A stretch of DNA of 64,000 nucleotides from an uncultured Desulfobulbia bacterium (GTDB lineage Bacteria > Desulfobacterota > Desulfobulbia > Desulfobulbales > SURF-16), in assembly GCA_964653055.1 (NCBI GenBank), contig CAZZCA010000002.1:2822-66821 (forward strand), in the 5' to 3' direction. Of the stretch, positions 56,467-64,000 are shown piece after piece. The position numbers and the translations under genes were made by a program. The notes below the pieces were generated by a model. The model did no database searches, was not told the DNA's origin, and saw only the letters and a list, made by a program, of their open reading frames with translations. Numbering within the stretch: position 1 is the first letter of the stretch; every line of letters begins with the position of its first letter.

Positions 56467-57177
56467 ATGGAAGATTTCACGAAATTTCTTGATTTTGAAA
56501 TCAAAAAAGAATTGGCAGACCGGTATTTTGGTTTTCGTAAGCTCATTGAAGAGGACAAAATGGCTCTGGCCCGCAATATCCGCCATTCCAGCCAGACAGT
56601 GGGCAACAGGATTGTTCTTAATCTTACCAGGCTTTATATTCTTCTTCGGGATGATGAGTTGATCCGTCTTTTTCTCCAATTAGCCGGGCTGGGGGAAAGG
56701 TTTTTCTTCGATCCTTATATCCTTACCTCTCCCACGATCAGAGCCCGGGTTTTTGATGGAGTTCGCACCCGGGGGCTCACTGCCGCCGGTCGTTTTAAGA
56801 ATATGTTGGCCGACACCTATGAGGCCCTTGAGTCTGATGTAGCTGAATATAGGTCGAAGCTGGCTGCTCTGGTTGATAGTCAGGAGGTTATCGAGGAAGA
56901 GATTAAAATTTTTTACCGCAAAAATGATATAGGCGCTATCATGGGCTTTTTGCGGGCCATGGACAGTGGTGCCGGCAGTAGCAGTGGTATTGAGGGTGGT
57001 TTAGTTTCCGGCTATGCCGAAAGCATGGAGAAAAAGATGCGGGTTATGCCACCGCCGGCGGTGGAGGATGACTTGCCAATTCTGCCTCCCTTGACTCCTC
57101 TGTCCCAGATAAAGAAAGAACTGAAAAAACTGGCGGAAGTGGCTTTTGATCAGCAAAAGGGAGACAGGTTCTTATAA
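56467..57177 (+). CDS. Hypothetical protein
   Basis: 236-aa ORF with coding-like composition and no motif recognised. Its TAA stop directly abuts the ATG of the next gene. Confidence 0.55.
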   Translation: MEDFTKFLDFEIKKELADRYFGFRKLIEEDKMALARNIRHSSQTVGNRIVLNLTRLYILLRDDELIRLFLQLAGLGERFFFDPYILTSPTIRARVFDGVRTRGLTAAGRFKNMLADTYEALESDVAEYRSKLAALVDSQEVIEEEIKIFYRKNDIGAIMGFLRAMDSGAGSSSGIEGGLVSGYAESMEKKMRVMPPPAVEDDLPILPPLTPLSQIKKELKKLAEVAFDQQKGDRFL

Positions 57178-58116
57178 ATGGAAGCAAATTTTTCCACCAT
57201 CTATTTTGCCTTAATCGCTATTATTGCCGGCCTGACCATGCTGGTCGTCGGAGGCGAGCTCTTGGTAGCAGGGGCTGTTCGTCTGGCCCGGCGCCTGGGA
57301 ATGAGCTCTCTGGTTATTGGTCTTACTGTGGTTGCCTTCGGCACCTCTACTCCGGAGCTCTTTGTCAGCCTGTCAGCCAATCTGCAGAATCAGCCGGATA
57401 TTATGGTGGGTAATGTGGTGGGCAGTAATATCGCCAATGTCGGTCTGATCCTTGGCTGTTGCGCCCTTGTCCGCCCCCTGGGCGCGTCTTTTACTTTTAT
57501 CGCCAATGAGCTTGCCTGGGTACTGGCGGCAAGTCTGGCCCTGGTTGCTTTTGTCTGGCTCGGTTTTTTTGGTCGTGGGGCTGGTCTCTTATTTGTCGTG
57601 GCACTCATCCTTTTTACTTTTGTCTCTGTCCGTAGCGGGAGGTCTGCCGGGAACGGGGAAGAGAAAGAAGGGGGATCCAACCTGACGGCCTTATGTTATT
57701 GCCTGGCTGGTTTTGTTTTTCTTGCCTATGGCTCCAATGTTTTTATCAAGGGTGCGGTGGACATGGCCCTGTATTTTAAGGTGTCAAGTCTGGTAATCGG
57801 ATTGACCATGGCAGCGGTGGGGACTTCGTTGCCGGAGCTTGCGGCCTCTATTTCTGCCGGTCGGCGTGGTGAGTCCGGGTTATTGCTGGGAAATATAGTT
57901 GGCAGTAATCTGTTTAATCTGCTCATGGTTCTCGGGGTGGCCGGCCTGGTTAAGCCCTTTGCCCTGCAGTCGGTTCTGTTGGTCAGGGATCTGCCGGTGA
58001 TGATATTATTCTCGGTGGTTCTGGCCTCTTTGCTGTATTTTCGGGGTAAGATTCAGCGTTGGCATGGCCTGATGTTACTTGCTACCTACGGTGGTTATAT
58101 TTTTCTGCTTAAATGA
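57178..58116 (+). CDS. CaCA-family calcium/sodium antiporter (YrbG-like)
   Basis: 312 aa, polytopic, with two alpha-repeat motifs (GTSTPELFVS and GTSLPELAAS; GNVVGSNIAN and GNIVGSNLFN). Confidence 0.9.
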   Translation: MEANFSTIYFALIAIIAGLTMLVVGGELLVAGAVRLARRLGMSSLVIGLTVVAFGTSTPELFVSLSANLQNQPDIMVGNVVGSNIANVGLILGCCALVRPLGASFTFIANELAWVLAASLALVAFVWLGFFGRGAGLLFVVALILFTFVSVRSGRSAGNGEEKEGGSNLTALCYCLAGFVFLAYGSNVFIKGAVDMALYFKVSSLVIGLTMAAVGTSLPELAASISAGRRGESGLLLGNIVGSNLFNLLMVLGVAGLVKPFALQSVLLVRDLPVMILFSVVLASLLYFRGKIQRWHGLMLLATYGGYIFLLK

Positions 58117-58150
58117 GGTCTTTGATCAAATTAAGGATTGATGGGGAATA

Positions 58151-60232
58151 ATGGAAAATAAATATAATGAAAAAGAGGCAGCAGCCTATATTGAACGTTA
58201 TCCTGAGCAGCCGCCGGAGCTGGCCCTCAGGGTTTATACCTCCCGGCTTATCGGCCGGGAAGAGGACCTGGTTCTCCATGGTGGCGGTAACACTTCGGTA
58301 AAATGCCAGGTTGAGGATATCTTAGGAGAGGCGCGGCCGGTTATTTTTGTCAAGGGCAGTGGCTGGGATCTTGGTGAAATTGAGCCGGAAGGACACCCCG
58401 GTCTGGAGCTTGCCTGGCTCCGTAAGCTGCGGGCCCTGGACAGCCTCAGTGATGAGGAGATGGTTAATCAATTCCGTACCCATCTCCTGGATTCCTCTTC
58501 TCCCAACCCTTCCATTGAAACCCTGGTCCATACCTTTCTTCCCCATGCCTTTATTGACCATACCCATGCCGATGCCATTGTCACCCTGACCAATATTGAT
58601 AATTGCCAGCAGATAATCCAGGAGGCCCTGGGGCCGAAGGTGGGGATTCTGCCTTTTATCATGCCCGGCTTTCCCCTGGCCCTGGCGGTGATTGATCTTT
58701 ATGAGAAGAACCCGGATATGGAATGCCTGATCCTGCGTAATCACGGGATCTTTACCTTTGGGGATGACGCCCGAACCTCCTATGAGCGGATGATCCATTA
58801 TGTCAGTCTGGCCGAAGAGTATATTGACCGGGCAAACAGCAAATACCAGCCGCTCTTTGTCAGCCCGAAGGAACAGGTTGATCCGGCCGGGCTTATGCCA
58901 TTATTGCGTGGTCAGTACGGATCACAGGGGCCGGATATCTTTTTTCAGCTCCACCTGCGCCAGAACGAAGAAGTCCTGGCGGCTTTGGCCCGGGAGGATG
59001 CCCGTCAGCTTTTCAGCTCCGGGGTTTTAACCCCGGACCATGTTATCCGGACCAAAAATTATCCGCTTTTTCTCGATCTTGCCGGGGTAGGAGAGGATGA
59101 TCTGCCAGGGTTTATTGCTGATGAGTTTAAGGCCTATGGTCAGCGTTATGGTCAGTATTTTGCAGACCAGGTAGCGGCTCGGAACCTTGAGCTGGTCAAG
59201 CTTGACCCACTGCCCCGGGTGATTCTGGTGCCGGGGCTCGGGGTTATCACTGCCGGTGGCAGCCCGGGGGCTGCTTCTGCGGTTGCTGATATTGCCGAGC
59301 ATACCATTCGGACCAAGGTTCGCGGTCTGGCAATTGCCCCCTATGCTGAACTGAGGGAATCATTCATCTTTGATATGGAGTATTGGAGCCTTGAACAGGC
59401 AAAACTTGGTGGCAGGCCTGCTAAGGCCCTGGCCGGCCGGGTGGCCCTTGTCACCGGTGGCGGTGGAGCCATTGCCTGTGGAATCGGTCGACAGCTGCTG
59501 GCAGCCGGAGCCCGGGTTTTTCTAACCGATATTGACGAGACCCGTCTTGATCAGGTCCGGCAGCAGCTGGTTGATGAATTTAATGAGGCCATGGTTTCGA
59601 GCCTGGTGATGGATGTCTGTGATCCTGATTCGGTACGCCTCGGGCTGGATAGTCTGGTTGTCCAGGCTGGTGGCCTTGATATTCTGGTTCCTAATGCCGG
59701 GGTTGCCCATGTTGCCCGGCTGGAGGATCTTGCCGACGAGAGTATGCGTAAGGTGATTGATGTTAATCTCATGGGGGTTTTTCAGGTGATCAAGGCGGCG
59801 ATTCCTATTTTTCGGGCCCAGGGCTTTGGTGGTCAGATAATAATTAACAGCTCCAAGAATGTTTTTGCCCCGGGTGCTGCCTTTGGTGCTTACAGCGCGT
59901 CCAAGGCCGGCGCCCACCAATTGGGTAAGGTTGCGGCCATGGAGCTTGCGGAAATTGATGTGCGGGTAAATATGATTAATCCGGACGCCATTTTTAATGA
60001 CCAGGATGTTTCTTCCGGCCTGTGGGATGTTATTGGTCCGGATCGGATGAAGTCCCGTAATCTTGATCCGGCAGGTCTTAAGGAATATTATCGTCAGCGT
60101 AATCTGCTCAAGGCAGAAGTGCTGGCAGATCATGTTGGTCATGGGGTGGTCTTTTTTGCCAGCGGCCTGACCCCCACCACCGGTGCGACTTTGCCGGTTG
60201 ATGGCGGGGTGGCTGCTGCTTTCCCCCGGTAA
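58151..60232 (+). CDS. Bifunctional class II aldolase/adducin-domain + short-chain dehydrogenase/reductase protein
   Basis: 693 aa. N-terminal aldolase-like region (HGGGNTSVK, HTHADAIV). C-terminal SDR (VTGGGGAIACGIG, NAGV, YSASKAG). Confidence 0.88.
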   Translation: MENKYNEKEAAAYIERYPEQPPELALRVYTSRLIGREEDLVLHGGGNTSVKCQVEDILGEARPVIFVKGSGWDLGEIEPEGHPGLELAWLRKLRALDSLSDEEMVNQFRTHLLDSSSPNPSIETLVHTFLPHAFIDHTHADAIVTLTNIDNCQQIIQEALGPKVGILPFIMPGFPLALAVIDLYEKNPDMECLILRNHGIFTFGDDARTSYERMIHYVSLAEEYIDRANSKYQPLFVSPKEQVDPAGLMPLLRGQYGSQGPDIFFQLHLRQNEEVLAALAREDARQLFSSGVLTPDHVIRTKNYPLFLDLAGVGEDDLPGFIADEFKAYGQRYGQYFADQVAARNLELVKLDPLPRVILVPGLGVITAGGSPGAASAVADIAEHTIRTKVRGLAIAPYAELRESFIFDMEYWSLEQAKLGGRPAKALAGRVALVTGGGGAIACGIGRQLLAAGARVFLTDIDETRLDQVRQQLVDEFNEAMVSSLVMDVCDPDSVRLGLDSLVVQAGGLDILVPNAGVAHVARLEDLADESMRKVIDVNLMGVFQVIKAAIPIFRAQGFGGQIIINSSKNVFAPGAAFGAYSASKAGAHQLGKVAAMELAEIDVRVNMINPDAIFNDQDVSSGLWDVIGPDRMKSRNLDPAGLKEYYRQRNLLKAEVLADHVGHGVVFFASGLTPTTGATLPVDGGVAAAFPR

Positions 60233-60282
60233 TTGGCGTATTTGATTTTGGATGAATTAATCAGTTCAGGAGTAAGGATATA

Positions 60283-60894
60283 ATGGCAGAGATTAAAAGT
60301 ACCATGGATATGGTTATGGAGCGGGCGGCCCGAATGGAGGCGACCTCTTCGGATGTGAAAACAGGCGGTGGTGAGACGGAACGGCTGGGGATGCGGGCTG
60401 CTGCCGCTTTTCTTCGCCAGGAGCAGGATCTTGCCTCAGCCCTTGGTCAATGTGCGTCGGTGGATCAGACGCTTTTCCGCGGGGGGGCGGCCCAAGCCCT
60501 TTTGCGTAATATCGTCCTGCCCCGGGATAAAGACGATAAGGCTGATATTGAAAGGGCGATGCAGGGTCTTTTGGACCTTGGCCAGGATGGACAGCTGGAT
60601 GACCTGACCGCCATTGTCGGTGAGATTAAGACCATTGTTGACCGGTTTCTTGACCACCGTGATCAGCTTCGCCAGCAGCTGGAAGATCAGTTTGCCCAGC
60701 AGATGGCTATGATGGGCGGGGCCGGTGCCGAGGGAATGGCCGGCGCCGGTGCTGCTGCCGGTCTTCCTCCGGATCGGCATCCTAAATTTGCTGAAGAATG
60801 GATCAAGCTGAAGGATCAGCTTAACGAACAATACAATCAGGCTATGGCTCAGCATAAGACACTGGTGGAGCATCGGCTGGCTAATCCGGCCTGA
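60283..60894 (+). CDS. Hypothetical protein with Gly/Ala/Met-rich internal segment
   Basis: 203-aa ORF with the low-complexity run MMGGAGAEGMAGAGAAAG. No motif recognised. Confidence 0.5.
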   Translation: MAEIKSTMDMVMERAARMEATSSDVKTGGGETERLGMRAAAAFLRQEQDLASALGQCASVDQTLFRGGAAQALLRNIVLPRDKDDKADIERAMQGLLDLGQDGQLDDLTAIVGEIKTIVDRFLDHRDQLRQQLEDQFAQQMAMMGGAGAEGMAGAGAAAGLPPDRHPKFAEEWIKLKDQLNEQYNQAMAQHKTLVEHRLANPA

Positions 60895-61157
60895 TGACTT
60901 CCATAAATTTACAGCTCTGCCTTGATGATGAGGAAGGGGGATCCTGGCCTCTGATTGCGGGTCTGTTGCAGCAATGGTGTCAACGGCACAGTATCGGTGG
61001 ATATGATCCTTCTTTGCCGGACCCTGCTGTTGCCTGCTGGCTATTGAGCCTGACCACCAGCCAGAATGATATTCTGTCATTGACCAATGATCTTTATGCC
61101 CTCCTTTATGATCAGGGGGTTAACTTGGAGATAGATTTTGCCGACCAAGGAGAATAA
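60894..61157 (+). CDS. Small acidic hypothetical protein
   Basis: 87-aa ORF with a 1-nt overlap with the previous stop. Its 3' end overlaps the TTG start of the M24 peptidase gene. Confidence 0.4.
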   Translation: MTSINLQLCLDDEEGGSWPLIAGLLQQWCQRHSIGGYDPSLPDPAVACWLLSLTTSQNDILSLTNDLYALLYDQGVNLEIDFADQGE

Positions 61158-62241
61158 CCTGGCCCTTGAACGCTTGCGCAGGTCCATGTCCCGCCGCAAC
61201 CTGGACGCCATTTTGGTCAGCCAGCCGGAAAACCGTCGTTATGTCAGTGGTTTTTCAGCGGTTGATTCGTCCATTGCCGAGTCTTCCGGGGTTTTGCTCA
61301 TTCCGCGCCGGGGTCAGCCCTTTCTTCTTACTGATTCCCGTTTTGAGCTCCATGCCCGGGCTGAGGCAGCTGGCTTTGAGGTTCTTCTTTACCCTAAGGG
61401 GTTGCTGGCCCTGCTTGGGAAAATATTGCCCGATCTCCAGATCCGGCATCTTGGGTTTGAAAGTGAGTATAGCCTTCATGCTGTGGTTAAGCGGATGGAA
61501 GAGCTTCTGGCTCCAGTTGAACTGGTCCCCCTGGTGGGGCTGGTGGAGAAGATGCGGGACCAGAAAGAAGAGGAAGAACTTGGGGCCATTGAGCGGTCGG
61601 TTCAGCTTAATGAGCAGGTTTTTGCCGAGGTTTATCAGGATCTGGCTCCTGGTCAGACCGAGGTTGAGGTGGCTCTTAAAATTGAATCAGCCATGCGCAT
61701 GGCTGGGGCGGAGCGTCCGTCTTTTGATACCATTGTTGCTGCCGGGCCCAATGGTGCCATGCCCCATGCGGTTCCATCCTCCCGGCCCATCAGGGAGGGT
61801 GAGCCAGTGGTAATTGATATGGGCCTGGTTCTTGATGGTTATTGTTCTGATATGACCAGAACGGTGGTTCTGGGCAGGGTTGATTCCCGGACCAGAGAAC
61901 GTTTCCGTCTGGTGCGACGATCCCAGCTGGCAGGTTTGGCCATGGTCAGGGCCGGAGTAAAAGCCCGGGATGTTGATCTGGCGGCCCGTCAGGTTCTGGA
62001 AGAAGGTGGTCTGGCTGATTATTTTACCCATGGCCTTGGGCATGGGGTGGGTCTGGCTGTTCATGAAGCGCCGTCCCTTAATCGGCGCAGTAGGCGCAAA
62101 TTGAAAACAGGTCAGGTGGTAACGGTGGAGCCGGGAATTTATATTCCCCATTGGGGCGGCATCCGCCTGGAAAATATGGTGGTTGTCGGCAAGGACGGTT
62201 GCCGCGAGCTTAATCGTGATACCACCTTTCTGGATCTTTAG
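61138..62241 (+). CDS. pepP: M24B-family Xaa-Pro aminopeptidase
   Basis: 367 aa with DSRF, DMGLVLDGYCSDMTRT, HGLGHGVGLAVHE, VEPGIY, and GIRLEN. Apparent TTG start preceded by GGAG. Confidence 0.88.
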   Translation: MPTKENNLALERLRRSMSRRNLDAILVSQPENRRYVSGFSAVDSSIAESSGVLLIPRRGQPFLLTDSRFELHARAEAAGFEVLLYPKGLLALLGKILPDLQIRHLGFESEYSLHAVVKRMEELLAPVELVPLVGLVEKMRDQKEEEELGAIERSVQLNEQVFAEVYQDLAPGQTEVEVALKIESAMRMAGAERPSFDTIVAAGPNGAMPHAVPSSRPIREGEPVVIDMGLVLDGYCSDMTRTVVLGRVDSRTRERFRLVRRSQLAGLAMVRAGVKARDVDLAARQVLEEGGLADYFTHGLGHGVGLAVHEAPSLNRRSRRKLKTGQVVTVEPGIYIPHWGGIRLENMVVVGKDGCRELNRDTTFLDL

Positions 62242-62254
62242 TGGTTTTCTCGGC

Positions 62255-62533
62255 ATGATTGCCAGATCTGCCTTTATTGCCACGGTGATCAGTCGGCTTA
62301 AGCAATTACCGGTTAATCATCATATTGACCTGCGCCCCTATAAACGGGATCGTTCGGTGTTGATCGTCAAGGAAAGTGAAGAGATGTTTCTGGTGGTGGA
62401 AGAGGGTTTTATCAGTCGTCGTTTTCAGGTCCCGGCGGCCAAGTTGCGTAAGACCTTGAAAACTCTTCTTAAAAGAGAGTTTCCCCGTAGCCGCCAGATC
62501 AGGCTTTATCAGATGGGCCTGTATGAGAATTAA
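62255..62533 (+). CDS. Small basic hypothetical protein
   Basis: 92 aa from the ATG at 62255; the longest ORF (from 62183) overlaps pepP. No motif recognised. Confidence 0.4.
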   Translation: MIARSAFIATVISRLKQLPVNHHIDLRPYKRDRSVLIVKESEEMFLVVEEGFISRRFQVPAAKLRKTLKTLLKREFPRSRQIRLYQMGLYEN

Positions 62534-62556
62534 AATTTAATAATTGAAATAAATTA

Positions 62557-63588
62557 ATGAGGAGTGAGATGAAGATTACAGGAATTGTACTGGCAGCATT
62601 TATGTTTTTTGGGATCAAGGTCGGCTTTGCCGGTGACCAGGAGCTGGACCAGGGGCTTTATGCCAGAATTGTCACCAGCCGGGGTGAAATTATCTGTCGG
62701 TTGGAGATGGATAAAACACCCCTGACTGTGGCTAATTTTGCCGGTTTGGCTGAAGGAAGCAAAGACTCCAATAAGGGCAAGGGGGTTCGTTTTTATGATG
62801 GCCTGGTTTTTCACCGGGTTATCCCTAATTTCATGATCCAGGGCGGCTGCCCGCAAGGGACCGGTACTGGTGAACCTGGATATCGTTTCCCTGACGAGAT
62901 CGTTGCCAGCCTGAAGCATGATGGCCCCGGGGTTCTGTCCATGGCCAATGCCGGACCCGGCACCAATGGCAGCCAGTTCTTTATTACCCATAAGGCCACC
63001 CCCTGGCTTGATGGCAAGCATACGGTTTTTGGCCGGGTGGTTGTGGGCCAGCAGGTGGTTGATGCGGTTCGTAAGGGTGATGAGATCACCAGGGTGGAGA
63101 TCCTCCGAATCGGTGCAGCGGCAAAGTCCTTTAAGAGCGATCAGCAGGCTTTTGATCAATTATTGTCTGGAATTAAGGCAAAAAAACAGGCTGAATCCCA
63201 GACCCGGCAGAAACGGCAGCAGGTTGAGGTAGACAAGAGATGGCCAGGGGCCGTTACCACAGAATCAGGCCTGATGTATGTGGTGACAAAAAAAGGTGAC
63301 GGCGCCGGGACCCCGGCCCGTGGAGCCATGGTTTCTGCCCATTATACCGGTAAGCTTCTTAATGGTCGCAAATTTGACAGTTCTCTTGATCGGGGTAAGC
63401 CCTTTCGTTTTTCAGTGGGACAGGGCCGGGTGATTGCCGGTTGGGATGAGGCCTTTCTTGCCATGGAAAAAGGGGAGAAGAGAACTTTGATCATCCCGGC
63501 AAACCTGGCCTATGGTTCCCGGGGGGCTGGCGGGGTTATTCCACCAGGCGCCACCCTGGTTTTTGATGTTGAGCTTCTTGATTTTTAG
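62557..63588 (+). CDS. Secreted dual-family peptidyl-prolyl isomerase: cyclophilin domain + FKBP domain
   Basis: Signal-peptide-like N-terminus ([20 protein letters not shown]). Cyclophilin motifs [33 protein letters not shown]. Basic linker, then FKBP motifs [30 protein letters not shown]. Confidence 0.9.
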   Translation: MRSEMKITGIVLAAFMFFGIKVGFAGDQELDQGLYARIVTSRGEIICRLEMDKTPLTVANFAGLAEGSKDSNKGKGVRFYDGLVFHRVIPNFMIQGGCPQGTGTGEPGYRFPDEIVASLKHDGPGVLSMANAGPGTNGSQFFITHKATPWLDGKHTVFGRVVVGQQVVDAVRKGDEITRVEILRIGAAAKSFKSDQQAFDQLLSGIKAKKQAESQTRQKRQQVEVDKRWPGAVTTESGLMYVVTKKGDGAGTPARGAMVSAHYTGKLLNGRKFDSSLDRGKPFRFSVGQGRVIAGWDEAFLAMEKGEKRTLIIPANLAYGSRGAGGVIPPGATLVFDVELLDF

Positions 63589-64000
63589 GCTGGCAGCATT
63601 CTGTACAGGGGGCAGTCCGTGCAGTGGGGAGAGGTCTTTTTGCAGAAGTCTTTCCCCAGACAGACTAAAAGAGCGTGGAACTCGTTGAATAAGCTGCTGT
63701 CAGCGGCAAGGCGATCCATGAACAGGTCCTGGATCTCCTGATAATCGGCATCATCGTTGATCAGGTCATGGCGGAGCAGGATCCGGTGGGTGTAAGCGTC
63801 CACCACAAAGATTGGTTTGTGGGCGGCGTAGAGAAGAATGGAGTCTGCTGTTTCCGGGCCAATGCCTTTTACCGACAGTAGTTTTTCCCGCAGGGTCCAG
63901 AGGTCCTGGTCGAGAAAATCATTGATTCCCCTCCCCTCTTCTGCTTCGTTTCTGAGCATGGCCAGCAGGTTCTTTAAGCGTTTTGCCTTGAGATTATAAT
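63585..64000 (-). CDS. Endonuclease III-related HhH-GPD protein, C-terminal part (5' end outside window)
   Basis: Frame stays open to the window edge (..[15 protein letters not shown]..). HhH motif [20 protein letters not shown]-terminal Cys cluster [13 protein letters not shown]. Confidence 0.8.
   Translation of the reverse strand, partial: YNLKAKRLKNLLAMLRNEAEEGRGINDFLDQDLWTLREKLLSVKGIGPETADSILLYAAHKPIFVVDAYTHRILLRHDLINDDADYQEIQDLFMDRLAADSSLFNEFHALLVCLGKDFCKKTSPHCTDCPLYRMLPA

Noticed and set aside
1-64000. Search by eye for CRISPR arrays, tRNA/rRNA genes, transposases, integrases, phage genes or long direct repeats.
   Set aside because: None was recognised. The intergenic spacers are too short (the largest are 440, 239 and 191 bp) and show no cloverleaf-like or repeat-spacer structure. 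A tRNAscan/Infernal/repeat scan would be needed to be certain.

Overview
The window is a gene-dense, mostly housekeeping chromosomal segment. No rRNA, tRNA, CRISPR array, transposase or integrase is recognisable by eye. The gene content fits an anaerobic Desulfobacterota/deltaproteobacterium-like organism: type 1B DHODH pyrK/pyrD, NIL-ferredoxin, UPF0280/ApbE-like protein, HD-GYP and PilZ, gatCAB. That taxonomic guess is low confidence.

About 60 CDSs sit in long co-directional chains, many with 1-4 nt start/stop overlaps.
- Minus-strand chains: aroK-aroC-glgA-orf267-gap-dikinase-like; rnr-trmJ-5FCL-HDAC-(RR/HD-GYP)-gatC-gatA-hisC-cmk-PilZ; parA-parB-pyrK-pyrD-DUF1232-sORF-ykgJ-yrfG; rpsA-sppA-ihfB; dnaG-rpoD; dprA-topA.
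- Plus-strand chains: RSH-STAND kinase; cvpA-UPF0280; fabK-like-pcnB-bioB-bioF; and a 7 kb chain from 56467 to 63588.

Main observations, in rough order of interest:
1. A 1415-aa protein (2622-6869) carries an unmistakable PPDK-type nucleotide-binding domain and a phospho-His swivel domain with the TSH motif. It has no PEP/pyruvate TIM-barrel. Instead it has a ~900-aa N-terminal region I cannot assign. It is packed in one operon with a divergent GT5 glycogen-synthase-like gene, an unknown TPR-tailed protein and GAPDH. I read it as a candidate new dikinase with an unknown acceptor.
2. A long RelA/SpoT homolog has intact hydrolase motifs but apparently degenerate synthetase motifs. It is coupled to a 1387-aa orphan AAA16/STAND-TPR-PAS-HisKA_3 kinase.
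3. An exact canonical parS site lies upstream of parAB, which is translationally chained to pyrKD.
4. A perfect 7-5-7 palindromic operator sits inside a sigma70-like promoter ahead of the fabK-like-pcnB-bioBF operon.
5. A 440-bp non-coding region upstream of radC has a sigma54-like -24/-12 element and an upstream inverted repeat.

All homology calls come from motif recognition by eye; no database search was run.
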